This document shows, in pieces, positions 1-9,681 of a DNA stretch of 64,000 nucleotides. The notes beneath the pieces were generated by a model that saw only the letters and a list, made by a program, of their open reading frames with translations, was not told where the DNA came from and did no database searches. The number at the start of each line of letters is the position of its first letter. The stretch's first letter is position 1. The position numbers and the translations under genes are program-made. The stretch is from Candidatus Krumholzibacteriia bacterium (GTDB taxonomy: Bacteria > Krumholzibacteriota > Krumholzibacteriia > LZORAL124-64-63): positions 4,827 through 68,826 of the forward strand of contig JAZBOO010000163.1 in assembly GCA_036351155.1 (NCBI GenBank). The letters run 5' to 3'.

Positions 1-756
1 ATCTCCCCGGTCCCCGCCCTGGTGATTGTTCTGGCCCAGTCCTTGACCCTGTTTCTCTTCGCCTCCGAAAGCCTGGAGTTTTTTCTGGCCAGCCGCGGCT
101 TGCCCACTTTTCCCCTGGTGCCCGTCAGCAGCAGCCAGGCGGTGATCGGCGCCATCGTTGGCCTCAGCCTGTTCAAGGGCGGGGGCATTCGCTACAAGGT
201 TCTGGGAGAAATTTCCCTGGGCTGGGTGGCCACGCCATTGGTTGCAGGAGTGGTGGCCTTCCTGCTACTGTTCGTGATGGACAACGTATTTGACCAGAAA
301 GTTCAGACGGTCCAGGAGTATCGGCTGGATGCAGCAGTTCAGGATGAAATGGAGCGGCGCGGGATTGTTGATCCCGGTCTGGTGGATTTCATGGACCTGA
401 CTTACACCAATCCTTCCACCCTGAAGGACAATCTGGAGAAGGGCACCGACCTGAGCAGCAAGCAGGTCGATCTGGTCCTGGAACTGGCCCTGACCGGGCG
501 CTGGGAAATCCGTCCCGGGGTCATTGCCCGTGATGTGGACAAGCATTGGTTGACCGGAGACCAGATGGCTGCCCTGCGTTCATTGCAGGGCCAAAGTTTT
601 GATCATGCCTGGCAGTTCCAGCAGGCGTTGGCCGCGGCTTCACCGCAGTGGCAAGCACGTCCCAAGGCGGCGACCAACAAGATCTGGAACAAGGAATTGA
701 GCAGCAAGCTGTCCTTCCTGTACCGTGTGTTCAGGACGGACGAACAGGATGAGTAG
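1..756 (+). CDS. Inorganic phosphate transporter, PiT family, C-terminal part; gene starts upstream of the window and carries a ~165-aa hydrophilic C-terminal extension
   Basis: The frame is open from base 1. The motif FPLVPVSSSQAVIGAIVGLSL...LGWVATPLVAGVVAFLL matches the conserved second-half motif and last TM helices of the PiT family, followed by a non-membrane tail. Confidence 0.6.
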   Translation: MSPVPALVIVLAQSLTLFLFASESLEFFLASRGLPTFPLVPVSSSQAVIGAIVGLSLFKGGGIRYKVLGEISLGWVATPLVAGVVAFLLLFVMDNVFDQKVQTVQEYRLDAAVQDEMERRGIVDPGLVDFMDLTYTNPSTLKDNLEKGTDLSSKQVDLVLELALTGRWEIRPGVIARDVDKHWLTGDQMAALRSLQGQSFDHAWQFQQALAAASPQWQARPKAATNKIWNKELSSKLSFLYRVFRTDEQDE

Positions 757-846
757 CTGTTTTTTCGGGAGCCACCAGGAATCCCCCTGAGTGTCTGCAC
801 GGGAAAATGGATGCAGGTCCGAAACCTCACACAAGGAGAACCCGAA

Positions 847-2118
847 ATGCGTAATTGGTCTATCAAACTGGCGGCGGTGTTCGTGCTGATGGTCATGGCC
901 GGCGCAGCTCTGGCCGGTTCGACCCCCCTGAAGGCCACCTCCGAAGACGGAATCCTGGTCTTCGAATCCGACGACAGTGCGTTCAAGTGGTGGTTCGACG
1001 CCCGCGCCTACATCGACATGGCCATGTACTTCGATGACGGCCCCCTGTGGTTCGACGACGAGGGTTCCTTCGCTGAGGACCGCGCCGAGCTGCAGAATTC
1101 CCTGGCCGGCGGCATGATGATCCGTCGGGCCCGCTTTGCCCTCAAGAGCCAGCTCTGGGGCGACTGGTACAGCGAGGTCGACATGGACTTCGCCGAGGAA
1201 GCCACCGCCCTGAAGGATGCCTACATCAGCTACCGCGGCCTGTTCAACGGCAGCGGCCGGGTCCGCGTGGGTAACTTCCGCCAGCCCTTCGGCCTGGAAG
1301 AAGTGACCACCAGCCGCAACCTGATGTTCATGGAACGCAGCATGGGCACCGATCCCTTCGTGGTGGGCCGCCGTCTGGGCCTGGAAGTCACCCGCTGGTC
1401 AGACACCTACCGGGCCTCGGTTTCCGCCTTCGGCGGGGACGTTGAAGACTTCTACAAGGAATCCAACGAGAACGTGAGCTTCGCCGCTCGGGTGAACTAC
1501 ACGCCCATCCGCACCGACGAGAGCACCCTGATGATCGGCGCCTCTGGCACCATGCAGAAGCCCACCTTCGTGGACTTCGACATCAAGGTGAATTCCCGTC
1601 CGGAGACCAACGTTTCGGACACCAAGTTCGTTTACGCCAAGTACGGCGACGTTGACAAGTACAATGTCTTCGGCGGCGAACTGGCTTACGTCAACAAGCG
1701 CTTCATGCTGCAGGGCGAGTACATGATGGCCAAGTACACCTTCCTGGACAGTGAAGAAGATCCCGACGTCAGCAACAGTGGCGGCTACGTCTTCGCCAGT
1801 TACTTCCTGACCGACGACACCCACAGCTACGACCACAAGGACGCCGAATTCAGCGGCGTCAAGCCCCGCAACAAGGGCGGCGCCTGGGAAGTGGCCATGC
1901 GCTACTCCACCATCGATCTGAACGACGAGGATGCCGACACCATGTACGGTAGCGCCACCTCCTTCACCCTGGGTGTGAACTACTACCCCAACCCCAACGT
2001 CAAGCTGATGATGAACTACGGCATGGTGGACAACGACGAGTACGCCACCGGCCGTGGGGACTTCAATGGTGACTACGACTTCGAGTATCTGAGCATGCGC
2101 TTCCAGACCGCCTTCTAG
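847..2118 (+). CDS. Outer-membrane beta-barrel porin, possibly phosphate-selective porin O/P family
   Basis: AAGGAGA RBS 8 nt before the ATG at 847. Signal peptide MRNWSIKLAAVFVLMVMAGAALA. Length ~424 aa with amphipathic beta-rich sequence and a C-terminal ...RFQTAF ending in Phe (OMP signature). Adjacent to the PiT gene. Confidence 0.55.
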   Translation: MRNWSIKLAAVFVLMVMAGAALAGSTPLKATSEDGILVFESDDSAFKWWFDARAYIDMAMYFDDGPLWFDDEGSFAEDRAELQNSLAGGMMIRRARFALKSQLWGDWYSEVDMDFAEEATALKDAYISYRGLFNGSGRVRVGNFRQPFGLEEVTTSRNLMFMERSMGTDPFVVGRRLGLEVTRWSDTYRASVSAFGGDVEDFYKESNENVSFAARVNYTPIRTDESTLMIGASGTMQKPTFVDFDIKVNSRPETNVSDTKFVYAKYGDVDKYNVFGGELAYVNKRFMLQGEYMMAKYTFLDSEEDPDVSNSGGYVFASYFLTDDTHSYDHKDAEFSGVKPRNKGGAWEVAMRYSTIDLNDEDADTMYGSATSFTLGVNYYPNPNVKLMMNYGMVDNDEYATGRGDFNGDYDFEYLSMRFQTAF

Positions 2119-2188
2119 GCCGGCCTGGGCAGACAAGCCGGGGCCGATCTGTTCGGCCCCGGCTTTTTCACAAAGAGGAGAAGACCAG

Positions 2189-2833
2189 ATGGGCAAGGAA
2201 GATTTGAAAATCGGCGAGGTGTCCAAGCCCCGCTTCGAGTTCCGGACCTTCGGTCAGGACTTCGACGAGGAAGCATACCGCATGTCCCGCCTGTCCGTCC
2301 CGGTGCCCGAGAAGGTGTGGGAAAGGACCTCGGACGAGATCTATATCATGTCCCGGGCCAACGACCTGAACAACACCAAGATCCGTGATGGGAAAATGGA
2401 CATCAAGACCTTCGTGTGTGCCAAGGAAGGGCTGGAGCAGTGGAATCCCCTGATGAAGGGTGAATTTCCCATTGCCGTGTCCGTTTTGACCGAAGAAGTT
2501 TTCCCCGCTTTCCAGGTCCAGGCTCCGGCCTTCGATCAGGACACCTACACCCTGGAACAGTTTCTGAAAATGATTGCCGATCACCCGGATCTGCAGGCGG
2601 TCAAGGTGCGCAAGCACCGCTTCGGGTACATGGTCAATGACACGATCTGCGAGGTGGCCGAGGTTCTGATCAACGGCGCCAAGGTCGTGACCATCAACTC
2701 CGAATCCACCGAGCTCGAAGACATCCACAAGACCCTGGAACTGGTGGGGCTGACCGGTGTCGAGAACATCAACTATCTCCAGTGCATCAAGCGGGTCATC
2801 GGCTGGATCGACAAGGACCTGGCCAATTCCTGA
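2189..2833 (+). CDS. Hypothetical cytoplasmic protein, weak CYTH (triphosphate-tunnel)-like features
   Basis: AGAGGAGA RBS, 214 aa, no signal peptide. Segments TKIRDGKMDIKTF, RKHRFGYMVNDTICEVAEV and TELEDIHKTLELVGL resemble CyaB/YgiF-type CYTH blocks, but the N-terminal ExExK motif is replaced by RFEFR. Confidence 0.5.
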   Translation: MGKEDLKIGEVSKPRFEFRTFGQDFDEEAYRMSRLSVPVPEKVWERTSDEIYIMSRANDLNNTKIRDGKMDIKTFVCAKEGLEQWNPLMKGEFPIAVSVLTEEVFPAFQVQAPAFDQDTYTLEQFLKMIADHPDLQAVKVRKHRFGYMVNDTICEVAEVLINGAKVVTINSESTELEDIHKTLELVGLTGVENINYLQCIKRVIGWIDKDLANS

Positions 2834-2879
2834 ATTCCTGGGGTTTTGGGGCGGCACCCTGAACCCCAGGCATTTTCCT

Positions 2880-2908
2880 GTGACAAACGCCGCGAATACC
2901 GCTATCAT
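2880..2908 (+). promoter_or_regulatory. Putative sigma70 promoter of rnpB (-35 GTGACA, 17-nt spacer, -10 TATCAT)
   Basis: The hexamers lie ~10 nt upstream of the predicted 5' end of the RNase P RNA at 2918. Confidence 0.4.
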
Positions 2909-2917
2909 GAAAACCGA

Positions 2918-3298
2918 GAAGTCGGAGAGACAGTCGCGGGTCTTGTCCCGGAAACGGAAAGGTTCGAGGAAAGTCCGAGCTCCACAGGGCAGGGTGCTGG
3001 TTAACGACCAGGGGGAGTGATCCCACGGAAAGTGCCACAGAAAATATACCGCCGTGCCGCAAGGGACGGTAAGGGTGAAATGGTGAGGTAAGAGCTCACC
3101 GCGCTCCTGGTGACAGGAGTGGCAGGGTAAACCCCACCTGGAGCAAGACCAAATAGAGGAGGATGAGGCGGCCCGCCTCGTTAGGACTCCCGGGTAGGTC
3201 GCTAGAGGGTGTCGGCAACGGCATTCCCAGATACATGACTGTCGCCGGGGCGGCTTGCTGCCCCGGTAACAGAACTCGGCTTACGACCGGCTTCTCAC
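2918..3298 (+). ncRNA. rnpB: RNase P RNA, bacterial type A
   Basis: Universally conserved blocks are present: GAGGAAAGTCCGAGCTCCACAGGGCAGGGTGCTGG, AAGGGTGAAATGGTGAGGTAAGAGCTCACC, GTAAACCCCACCTGGAGCAAGACCAAATAG and ACAGAACTCGGCTTA. The 5' GAAGTCGG pairs with the 3' CTTCTCAC (P1). Confidence 0.95.
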
Positions 3299-3397
3299 GT
3301 CGCAAATCACAACCCGCAAGGGTTGCCATGGTCCGGATGTTCCATCGCACATCCGGACCCCAGCGGTTCCTGCCGGAACCGGTCGTGGAGGACGTGA

Positions 3398-5272
3398 GTG
3401 CAGCTGGAAATGGGTTTTATTCCCCCCGAAAACGTTGGCGTGTTCAGTGGTCGCCCCTGGTTGGCCGCCCTTGATGTGCCCAGCGATCTGGTGGCGGAAA
3501 TCCGGCGCAAGGTCCCCCTTCACTTCTCCGTGTCCGATTCCCTGCTGGAAATCCTGGCCGGGCGTGGGGTGACGGCCGGCCGTGAGCTGGAGCGGTTCTT
3601 CTACCCTTCCCTGGATCAGCTCCACGATCCCTTTGAACTGCGGGAAATGGATCTGGCCATCGACCGGGTGGTCCAGGCCATACGCAACCGTGAACGGGTG
3701 GCCGTGCACGGGGATTTCGATGTGGACGGCCTGACCGGCTGCGCCCTGCTGTGCGAAACCCTGGAGGCTGCTCAGCTGGATGGGGCGCGCCTGACCACCG
3801 AGCCGGGGTTTGTTCCGGACCGTGCCCAGGACGGATACGGCGTGGCCGAGCGCATGGTCCGCCACTGGGGCAAGCAGGGTGTGACCCTGCTGATCACCGT
3901 GGACACCGGAGCCGCCGCCCTCAAGGAAATCAATCTGGCGCGTGATCTGGGCATGGACGTGGTGGTTCTCGATCACCACATCTTCGATGAACGCCCCGCC
4001 GCCGTGGCTCTGGTCAATCCGCGCCGAGATGATGCCACCTATCCCAACAACGAGCTGTGTGGGGTGGCCGTGGCCTTCAAGTTTGCCCAGGCCCTCAAGC
4101 TGCGGGAACCCACCAGCCTGCCCGATGACTTCCTGGCCGGTGTCCTGGACCTGGTGGCCCTGGGACTGGTGGCCGATCAGATGGCTTTGGTGGGGGAGAA
4201 CCGGATCCTGGTCAAGAAGGGTCTGGAACGTTTCAATGACCGTGGCCTCATCCGACCCGGTCTGGCGGCCCTGTTGACCGTGGCCGGGCTGGACCGGGGA
4301 TTTCCGGTGACCACCGGCGATTTTGCCTACCAGCTGGCTCCCCGGATCAACGCCTGCGGGCGTATCGGGCGGGTCATGTCGGCCCTGGAGCTCTTGTTGA
4401 CCCGGGACCCGAACCGGGCCCGCGAGCTGGCGGCCGAGGCCGACCGCACCAACAACCGCCGAAAGGAACAGGACCTCCTGCTCAAGGAAGAGGCCATCGC
4501 CCTGGCGCTGCCCTACGTCGAGCGCGGAGATCCCGGTCTGGTTCTTTCTTCCAGGACCTGGCACAAGGGCATCATCGGGATCGGGGCGGCGCGTCTGGTG
4601 GAGCAGTATCAGCTGCCTGTCATCCTGATTTCCATCGAGGGCGGGGAAGCGCGCGGGTCGGCCCGCAGTATTCCCAGCGTGGATGTGAAATGTGTCCTGG
4701 ACGAGTGCAGCGAGTTCCTGATCAGGCACGGTGGACACGCCCAGGCCGCCGGCATGACCTTGCGCGAGCGGGATATTCCCGCCTTTCGTGAAGCCTTCCT
4801 GACCGCCCTGCGAGCCCAGCCCCAGAGCGGACCCGTGCCCGAGGCCTATGACCTGGACCTTTGCCTCCACGAGCTGGGAGCCAAGGATGTGGCGGGGCTG
4901 GTGCAGGAACTGGAACATCTCGAGCCGTTTGGTTCCGGGAATCGCAAGCCGGTGTTCCGCTGCTCCAATGTCCAGCTGCAACGTCCGCCCACCCAGCTCA
5001 GCGGTGGAGCCCATCTGCGCTTTGCTTTCCGTGGTCCGGCCCGGCCTCAGGGCGATGATACTCCGGCCCTCAGCCGCGAATTCGTCTCCTTCGGCTGCGG
5101 CGATGCCTGGCGGCGCATGCTGGAACGGGAACAGCTCGACGCCCGCGACCTGCTGCAACGACGCTGGGATATTCTCTTCCAGATCGGCAGAAGCACTTTC
5201 CGCCCACGGCACGGTGGGTTCGACCCTGTCCAGCAGCTTCTGGTGGACATTCGCCCGGCGGTCGATCCGTGA
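3398..5272 (+). CDS. recJ: Single-stranded-DNA-specific exonuclease RecJ
   Basis: DHH motifs VAVHGDFDVDGLTGCALL and VVLDHHI, followed by a DHHA1 region (GGHAQAAG). Confidence 0.9.
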   Translation: MQLEMGFIPPENVGVFSGRPWLAALDVPSDLVAEIRRKVPLHFSVSDSLLEILAGRGVTAGRELERFFYPSLDQLHDPFELREMDLAIDRVVQAIRNRERVAVHGDFDVDGLTGCALLCETLEAAQLDGARLTTEPGFVPDRAQDGYGVAERMVRHWGKQGVTLLITVDTGAAALKEINLARDLGMDVVVLDHHIFDERPAAVALVNPRRDDATYPNNELCGVAVAFKFAQALKLREPTSLPDDFLAGVLDLVALGLVADQMALVGENRILVKKGLERFNDRGLIRPGLAALLTVAGLDRGFPVTTGDFAYQLAPRINACGRIGRVMSALELLLTRDPNRARELAAEADRTNNRRKEQDLLLKEEAIALALPYVERGDPGLVLSSRTWHKGIIGIGAARLVEQYQLPVILISIEGGEARGSARSIPSVDVKCVLDECSEFLIRHGGHAQAAGMTLRERDIPAFREAFLTALRAQPQSGPVPEAYDLDLCLHELGAKDVAGLVQELEHLEPFGSGNRKPVFRCSNVQLQRPPTQLSGGAHLRFAFRGPARPQGDDTPALSREFVSFGCGDAWRRMLEREQLDARDLLQRRWDILFQIGRSTFRPRHGGFDPVQQLLVDIRPAVDP

Positions 5273-7461
5273 GCCGCGCTGGGAGCACGGGTCACACCGT
5301 CGACCTCCCGGCAATGATGGAGGACATCTGGTCCCGGGTGCAGAGGTACAACCCCCAGGCGGACAAAGAACGGCTGTGGGAAGGATACAACTTCGCCCTG
5401 CAGGCCCATGCCCATCAAACCCGCAAGAGCGGGGAACCCTTCTTCATGCACGCCATGACGGTGGCCAGCATCCTGACCGACCTGCGCCTCGATGTGGACA
5501 CCCTGATCGCGGCCATGGTCCACGACGTGGTGGAGGATACCGAATACACGCTTGAAGATATCGACCAGCGTTTCGGCGGCGAAGTGGCCAACATGGTCGA
5601 CGGCGTGACCAAGATCAGCGGGCTGTACAACGTCAACAAGGAAGCCCGCAAGGCCGAGACCTACCGGAAGCTGGTCCTGGCCATCGCCCGGGACCCGCGC
5701 ACCATCCTGATCAAGCTGGCCGACCGCCTGCACAACATGCGGACCATCGAGTTCCTGGCCAAGGACCGACAGGTTGACATCGCCCAGGAAACCATGGATG
5801 TCTATATCCCCTTCGCCCATCGTTTCGGGATTGCCCGGATCAAGTGGGAGCTGGAGGACCTGGCCTTCAAGATCCTGGACCCGGGGGCCTACTTCGAGGT
5901 CGAGCGCGGGATCAACCAGACCCGTGACGAGCGGGAACGCATCATCGACAAGCTTCTTCTGCCCTTGCAGGCCAAGATGAAGGAGGCCGGGATTGCCTGC
6001 GGGATCAGCGGGCGCCCCAAGCACTTCTATTCCATCTACCGTAAAATGCAGGACCAGGACATCAGCCTGGACCGCGTTTACGATCTGCTGGCCTTGCGCA
6101 TCATCGTGGCCAACAAGGCCGACTGCTACCATGCTCTGGGCGTACTGCACACGCTGTTTCCGCCGCTGGCCGACCGCATCAAGGACTACATCGCCACGCC
6201 CAAGCCCAACATGTACCAGTCCATCCATTCGACGGTGCGCACCCCCGGGGGCAAGTACATCGAGGTGCAGATCCGCACCGAGAAGATGCACGAACAGGCC
6301 GAGCTGGGGATCGCGGCCCACTGGCGTTACAAGGAAGGCGGCGGTTCGGGCAAGGGCAACCTGGACCAGATGGTGGCCATGCTGCGGCAGATCATGGCCT
6401 GGCAGGAGGACGTGTCGGATCCGCGGGAATTCATGGAGACCTTGAAGGTCGACTTCCTGCGGGACGAGGTATTCGTGTTCAGCCCCGGCGGCGACGTGTT
6501 CGAGCTGCCGGTGGGGGCCACGCCGCTGGACTTCGCCTTTGCCATCCACAGCGAGGTGGGATTCCGCTGCACGGGGGCCAAGGTCAACGGGCGCATTGCC
6601 AGTCTGCGCTCGGAACTGGGCAACGGCGACACGGTGGAAATCCTGACCAGCAAGCTGCCCAATCCCAGCGCCAGCTGGATGGAAATCGTCAAGACCAGCC
6701 GGGCCAAGCACCACATCCGCCGCTGGATCCGCACCAGCCAGTTCGAAGAAAGCGTGAAGCTGGGGCGGGAAATTCTGGAACGCGAACTGCGCCGGGCCCA
6801 CCTGCGAGTCAAGATCGACACCGACCTGGTCGAGGTGGCGCAGGAGCTGGGCTACGCCGAGCTGGACAAGTTGCTGGCGGCGGTGGGCCGCGGCGATGTT
6901 TCCCACGGGAAGGTGGTCAGCCGGGTGACCCCTCCGCCCGAGTCGGCGGCCGAAAAAGTGATCGCTCGTGGGCGGGACCTTTACGATTCACTGCTGCGCC
7001 GATCGTCCACTGGCGTGCGGGTAGCCGGGGTGGACAACCTGATGGTTTCCTTCGCCCGCTGCTGTCAGCCCATTCCCGGAGACTCCATCGTGGGAGTGGT
7101 CACCCGCGGCCGCGGCGTGTCGGTCCACCGCAACGGCTGCACCAACCTGAACGATCCGAACCTGGGTCCGGAACGTCTCATCGACGTGACCTGGGATGTG
7201 GCTCCCGAGCAAACCTTCCTGGTCAAGCTGATCATCATGGCCAGTGACCGGAAGAACCTGCTGATGGACATCAGCAAGGTGCTCGATCTGACCAACACGA
7301 ACATCCAGAGCGGCGAGTTCATCGCCGAGCATGAACTGGCCACCGTCACCCTGGTGGTTGAGGTGCGCAATCTGAACAAGCTGGAACAGATCCTGGCCGC
7401 CGTGCGCAAGGTCAAGGGTGTCCAGCAGATCGAACGCTACCAGCTGGGGCACCAGGCCTGA
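5269..7461 (+). CDS. relA: Bifunctional (p)ppGpp synthetase/hydrolase RelA/SpoT family
   Basis: HD hydrolase region (SGEPFFMHAMTVASIL, HDVVEDT), synthetase region (RIIVANKADCYHALGVLH), TGS and ACT C-terminal domains. The true start is probably ATG 5314 (MMEDIW...). Confidence 0.9.
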   Translation: MSRAGSTGHTVDLPAMMEDIWSRVQRYNPQADKERLWEGYNFALQAHAHQTRKSGEPFFMHAMTVASILTDLRLDVDTLIAAMVHDVVEDTEYTLEDIDQRFGGEVANMVDGVTKISGLYNVNKEARKAETYRKLVLAIARDPRTILIKLADRLHNMRTIEFLAKDRQVDIAQETMDVYIPFAHRFGIARIKWELEDLAFKILDPGAYFEVERGINQTRDERERIIDKLLLPLQAKMKEAGIACGISGRPKHFYSIYRKMQDQDISLDRVYDLLALRIIVANKADCYHALGVLHTLFPPLADRIKDYIATPKPNMYQSIHSTVRTPGGKYIEVQIRTEKMHEQAELGIAAHWRYKEGGGSGKGNLDQMVAMLRQIMAWQEDVSDPREFMETLKVDFLRDEVFVFSPGGDVFELPVGATPLDFAFAIHSEVGFRCTGAKVNGRIASLRSELGNGDTVEILTSKLPNPSASWMEIVKTSRAKHHIRRWIRTSQFEESVKLGREILERELRRAHLRVKIDTDLVEVAQELGYAELDKLLAAVGRGDVSHGKVVSRVTPPPESAAEKVIARGRDLYDSLLRRSSTGVRVAGVDNLMVSFARCCQPIPGDSIVGVVTRGRGVSVHRNGCTNLNDPNLGPERLIDVTWDVAPEQTFLVKLIIMASDRKNLLMDISKVLDLTNTNIQSGEFIAEHELATVTLVVEVRNLNKLEQILAAVRKVKGVQQIERYQLGHQA

Positions 7462-7479
7462 CCCTGATCCGGAGGCATC

Positions 7480-7950
7480 ATGCGCTGCGTGATTCAAAGA
7501 AGCGGACCCGCGCGGGTGACCGTGGGGGACCGGGTGACCGGGTCCATCGCAAGAGGGCTGGTGGTGCTGGTCGCCTTTCAGCCCGGGGATACGGCGCGCG
7601 AGCTGGCCTGGATGGCCCACAAGCTGCCCCGCCTGCGGATTTTTCGGGATAGCCAGGACAAGATGAACTGTTCCCTGCTGGATGTGGGCGGAGAGCTCCT
7701 CCTGGTCAGCCAGTTCACACTGTACGGCGATTGCCGCAAGGGCATGCGCCCGGGCTTCACCGGCAGTGCTCCGGGCGACCAGGCGCGCGGTCTTTACCTG
7801 CAGTTCGGGAAAATGCTCAGGGACGAAGGTCTGGTGGTGGCCGAAGGGGAGTTCGGGGCCATGATGGAAGTTTCTCTGGTCAACGATGGCCCTGTTACTC
7901 TGATCCTGGACCGGGAAGCCCCTGACCCGGCACCGGAGGTTGCTCCTTGA
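7480..7950 (+). CDS. dtd: D-aminoacyl-tRNA deacylase
   Basis: MRCVIQRS..., SQFTLYGD, GMRPGFT, VSLVNDGPVTLILD; nearly colinear with E. coli Dtd. Confidence 0.92.
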   Translation: MRCVIQRSGPARVTVGDRVTGSIARGLVVLVAFQPGDTARELAWMAHKLPRLRIFRDSQDKMNCSLLDVGGELLLVSQFTLYGDCRKGMRPGFTGSAPGDQARGLYLQFGKMLRDEGLVVAEGEFGAMMEVSLVNDGPVTLILDREAPDPAPEVAP

Positions 7951-8582
7951 CCGTCACCCCATTTGTACCCTGGCCCACGGGCCGTCAGCTGATCCTGGCT
8001 TCACGTTCACCGCGCCGGGCCCAGCTCCTTGAAATTGCCGGCCTCCCGCATCGGATAGAATTGCCCGGAGATGTGGAGCGGGAGCTTGCCGCCCGGCTCC
8101 TGGCCGAAGATGCCGAGCCTGGTCGGTATGCGGAGTTGCTGGCTGCGGCCAAGGCGAAGGATGTTTCCTCCCGTCTCCCCGACCAGCTGGTCCTCGGGGC
8201 CGATACAGTCGTGGTTCTGGACCGCCAGATCCTCGAAAAGCCCGTGGATGAGGCCGATGCCGAGCGTCTGCTGGGCCTCCTTTCGGGCAGGCGACACACC
8301 GTGATCACGGCCATCGCCCTGTTCGGCGGTCCCGCTGGCCGGGGGCTGGCAGCCCACGAAAGAACCGAGGTCGATTTTCTGCCTTTGACACCCGGGTCCA
8401 TCGCGGCCTATGTGCGTTCCGGGGAACCCATGGACAAGGCGGGAGCCTATGGTATCCAGGGTCTGGGAGCGCTCATGGTCCAGGGTGTCCAGGGTTGCTA
8501 TTTCAACGTCATGGGTCTGCCGCTGGCCCGCCTGGGAAGTATGCTGCGTCAGCTGCTCCCCGCACAGCATGGAGGTGCTTGA
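7947..8582 (+). CDS. maf: Maf-like nucleoside triphosphate pyrophosphatase (septum formation protein)
   Basis: LILASRSPRRAQLLE, GADTVVVLD, GKPVDEADAERLL, YGIQG. Overlaps the dtd stop by 4 nt. Confidence 0.9.
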   Translation: MTVTPFVPWPTGRQLILASRSPRRAQLLEIAGLPHRIELPGDVERELAARLLAEDAEPGRYAELLAAAKAKDVSSRLPDQLVLGADTVVVLDRQILEKPVDEADAERLLGLLSGRRHTVITAIALFGGPAGRGLAAHERTEVDFLPLTPGSIAAYVRSGEPMDKAGAYGIQGLGALMVQGVQGCYFNVMGLPLARLGSMLRQLLPAQHGGA

Positions 8583-9650
8583 ATGGGATCCCTGCCCTTT
8601 CCGTTTCCCGTTGTCCAGTGGGATGACAACCAGGTCGTCCTGATCGATCAGACTCTTCTGCCGGATCAGATCGCCTGGCGTCGTTGCGGAGATATCGACT
8701 CCCTGTGTCAGGCCATCTACGAGCTGGCCGTCCGCGGGGCCCCGGCCATCGGGTGTGCGGCCGGGTTTGGCCTGGCCATGTCCTGGCGACTGGGTTTGAC
8801 CAGGAACGAGGACCTGGAAAAAATCCTGGAGGGTTTCCTGGCCGACGGTCGGCGCCTCGCGGCCACGCGGCCCACCGCGGTCAATCTGTTCTGGGCGCTG
8901 GATCGGCTCACCCGCCTGGCCCGCGCCGAGGTGGGCCAGGGGACCGATGCCGAGGCCATCGCCGGTCTGCTGCTGGCCGAGGCCCGCGCCATCATGGCCG
9001 AGGATATTGCCATGTGTCGGGCCATGGGCCTGGCGGGACAGGAGCTGTTGCCTGATTTTTCCACCGTCCTGACCCACTGCAACGCCGGCGGACTGGCCAC
9101 CGGAGGTTATGGCACAGCGGTGGGGGTGGTCTATGCCGCCCGCGAGATGGGCAAAACTCTGCGTGTCTTTGCCGATGAAACCCGTCCCTTGCTGCAGGGG
9201 GGGCGCCTGACCGCCTGGGAACTGGTGAACCAGGGTATCGATGTCCAGGTCATCTGCGACTCGGCGGCAGCCACCGTGCTGCGTCAGGGAAAGATAGATG
9301 CGGTCATCACCGGGGCCGACCGCATTGCAGCCAACGGAGATGCCGCCAACAAGATCGGCACCTACCCTCTGGCGGTTCTGGCCGATCGTCACGATGTGCC
9401 CTTCTACGTGGCCGCTCCGGCCTCCACCTTCGATCCCGCCACGCCGGACGGAGAGAGTATCGTGATCGAGGAGCGGGACCCGGCCGAGGTGCAGGAGTTC
9501 CGTGGTGTCCGGGTGGTTCCCGAGGGCGCCGGGGCCTGGAACCCGGCCTTCGACGTGACGCCGGCCGCCCTGATCACCGCCTTCATCACGGAACACGGGG
9601 TGTTGCGCCCTCCCTTTGCGGACAGTCTGGAGCCTGTCCTGAGGCGATGA
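8583..9650 (+). CDS. mtnA: S-methyl-5-thioribose-1-phosphate isomerase (eIF-2B alpha/beta/delta family)
   Basis: VVLIDQTLLP, AVRGAPAIG, GADRIAANGDAANKIGTY. Confidence 0.9.
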   Translation: MGSLPFPFPVVQWDDNQVVLIDQTLLPDQIAWRRCGDIDSLCQAIYELAVRGAPAIGCAAGFGLAMSWRLGLTRNEDLEKILEGFLADGRRLAATRPTAVNLFWALDRLTRLARAEVGQGTDAEAIAGLLLAEARAIMAEDIAMCRAMGLAGQELLPDFSTVLTHCNAGGLATGGYGTAVGVVYAAREMGKTLRVFADETRPLLQGGRLTAWELVNQGIDVQVICDSAAATVLRQGKIDAVITGADRIAANGDAANKIGTYPLAVLADRHDVPFYVAAPASTFDPATPDGESIVIEERDPAEVQEFRGVRVVPEGAGAWNPAFDVTPAALITAFITEHGVLRPPFADSLEPVLRR

Positions 9651-9681
9651 CCAGCGATTCTACTTTGGCTCGAGGCTGAGT

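Noticed and set aside
3281-5314. Many long antisense ORFs in the six-frame track (e.g. 3281-5314, 5047-6906, 8007-9596, 19610-21658, 23290-24801, 24919-27513, 43253-45583, 45706-47721, 49508-51058, 51182-52690, 55091-56284, 59693-61600, all minus strand; and 35974-37065, 56591-58648, 58700-59644, 62908-63954 plus strand)
   Set aside because: In each case the opposite strand or another frame encodes a protein with unambiguous conserved motifs (recJ, relA, mtnA, bamA, tamB, uvrD, ACADs, thiolase, M14, actP, xseA and so on). High GC content suppresses stop codons in non-coding frames, and the translations are low-complexity Arg/Gly/Pro-rich.
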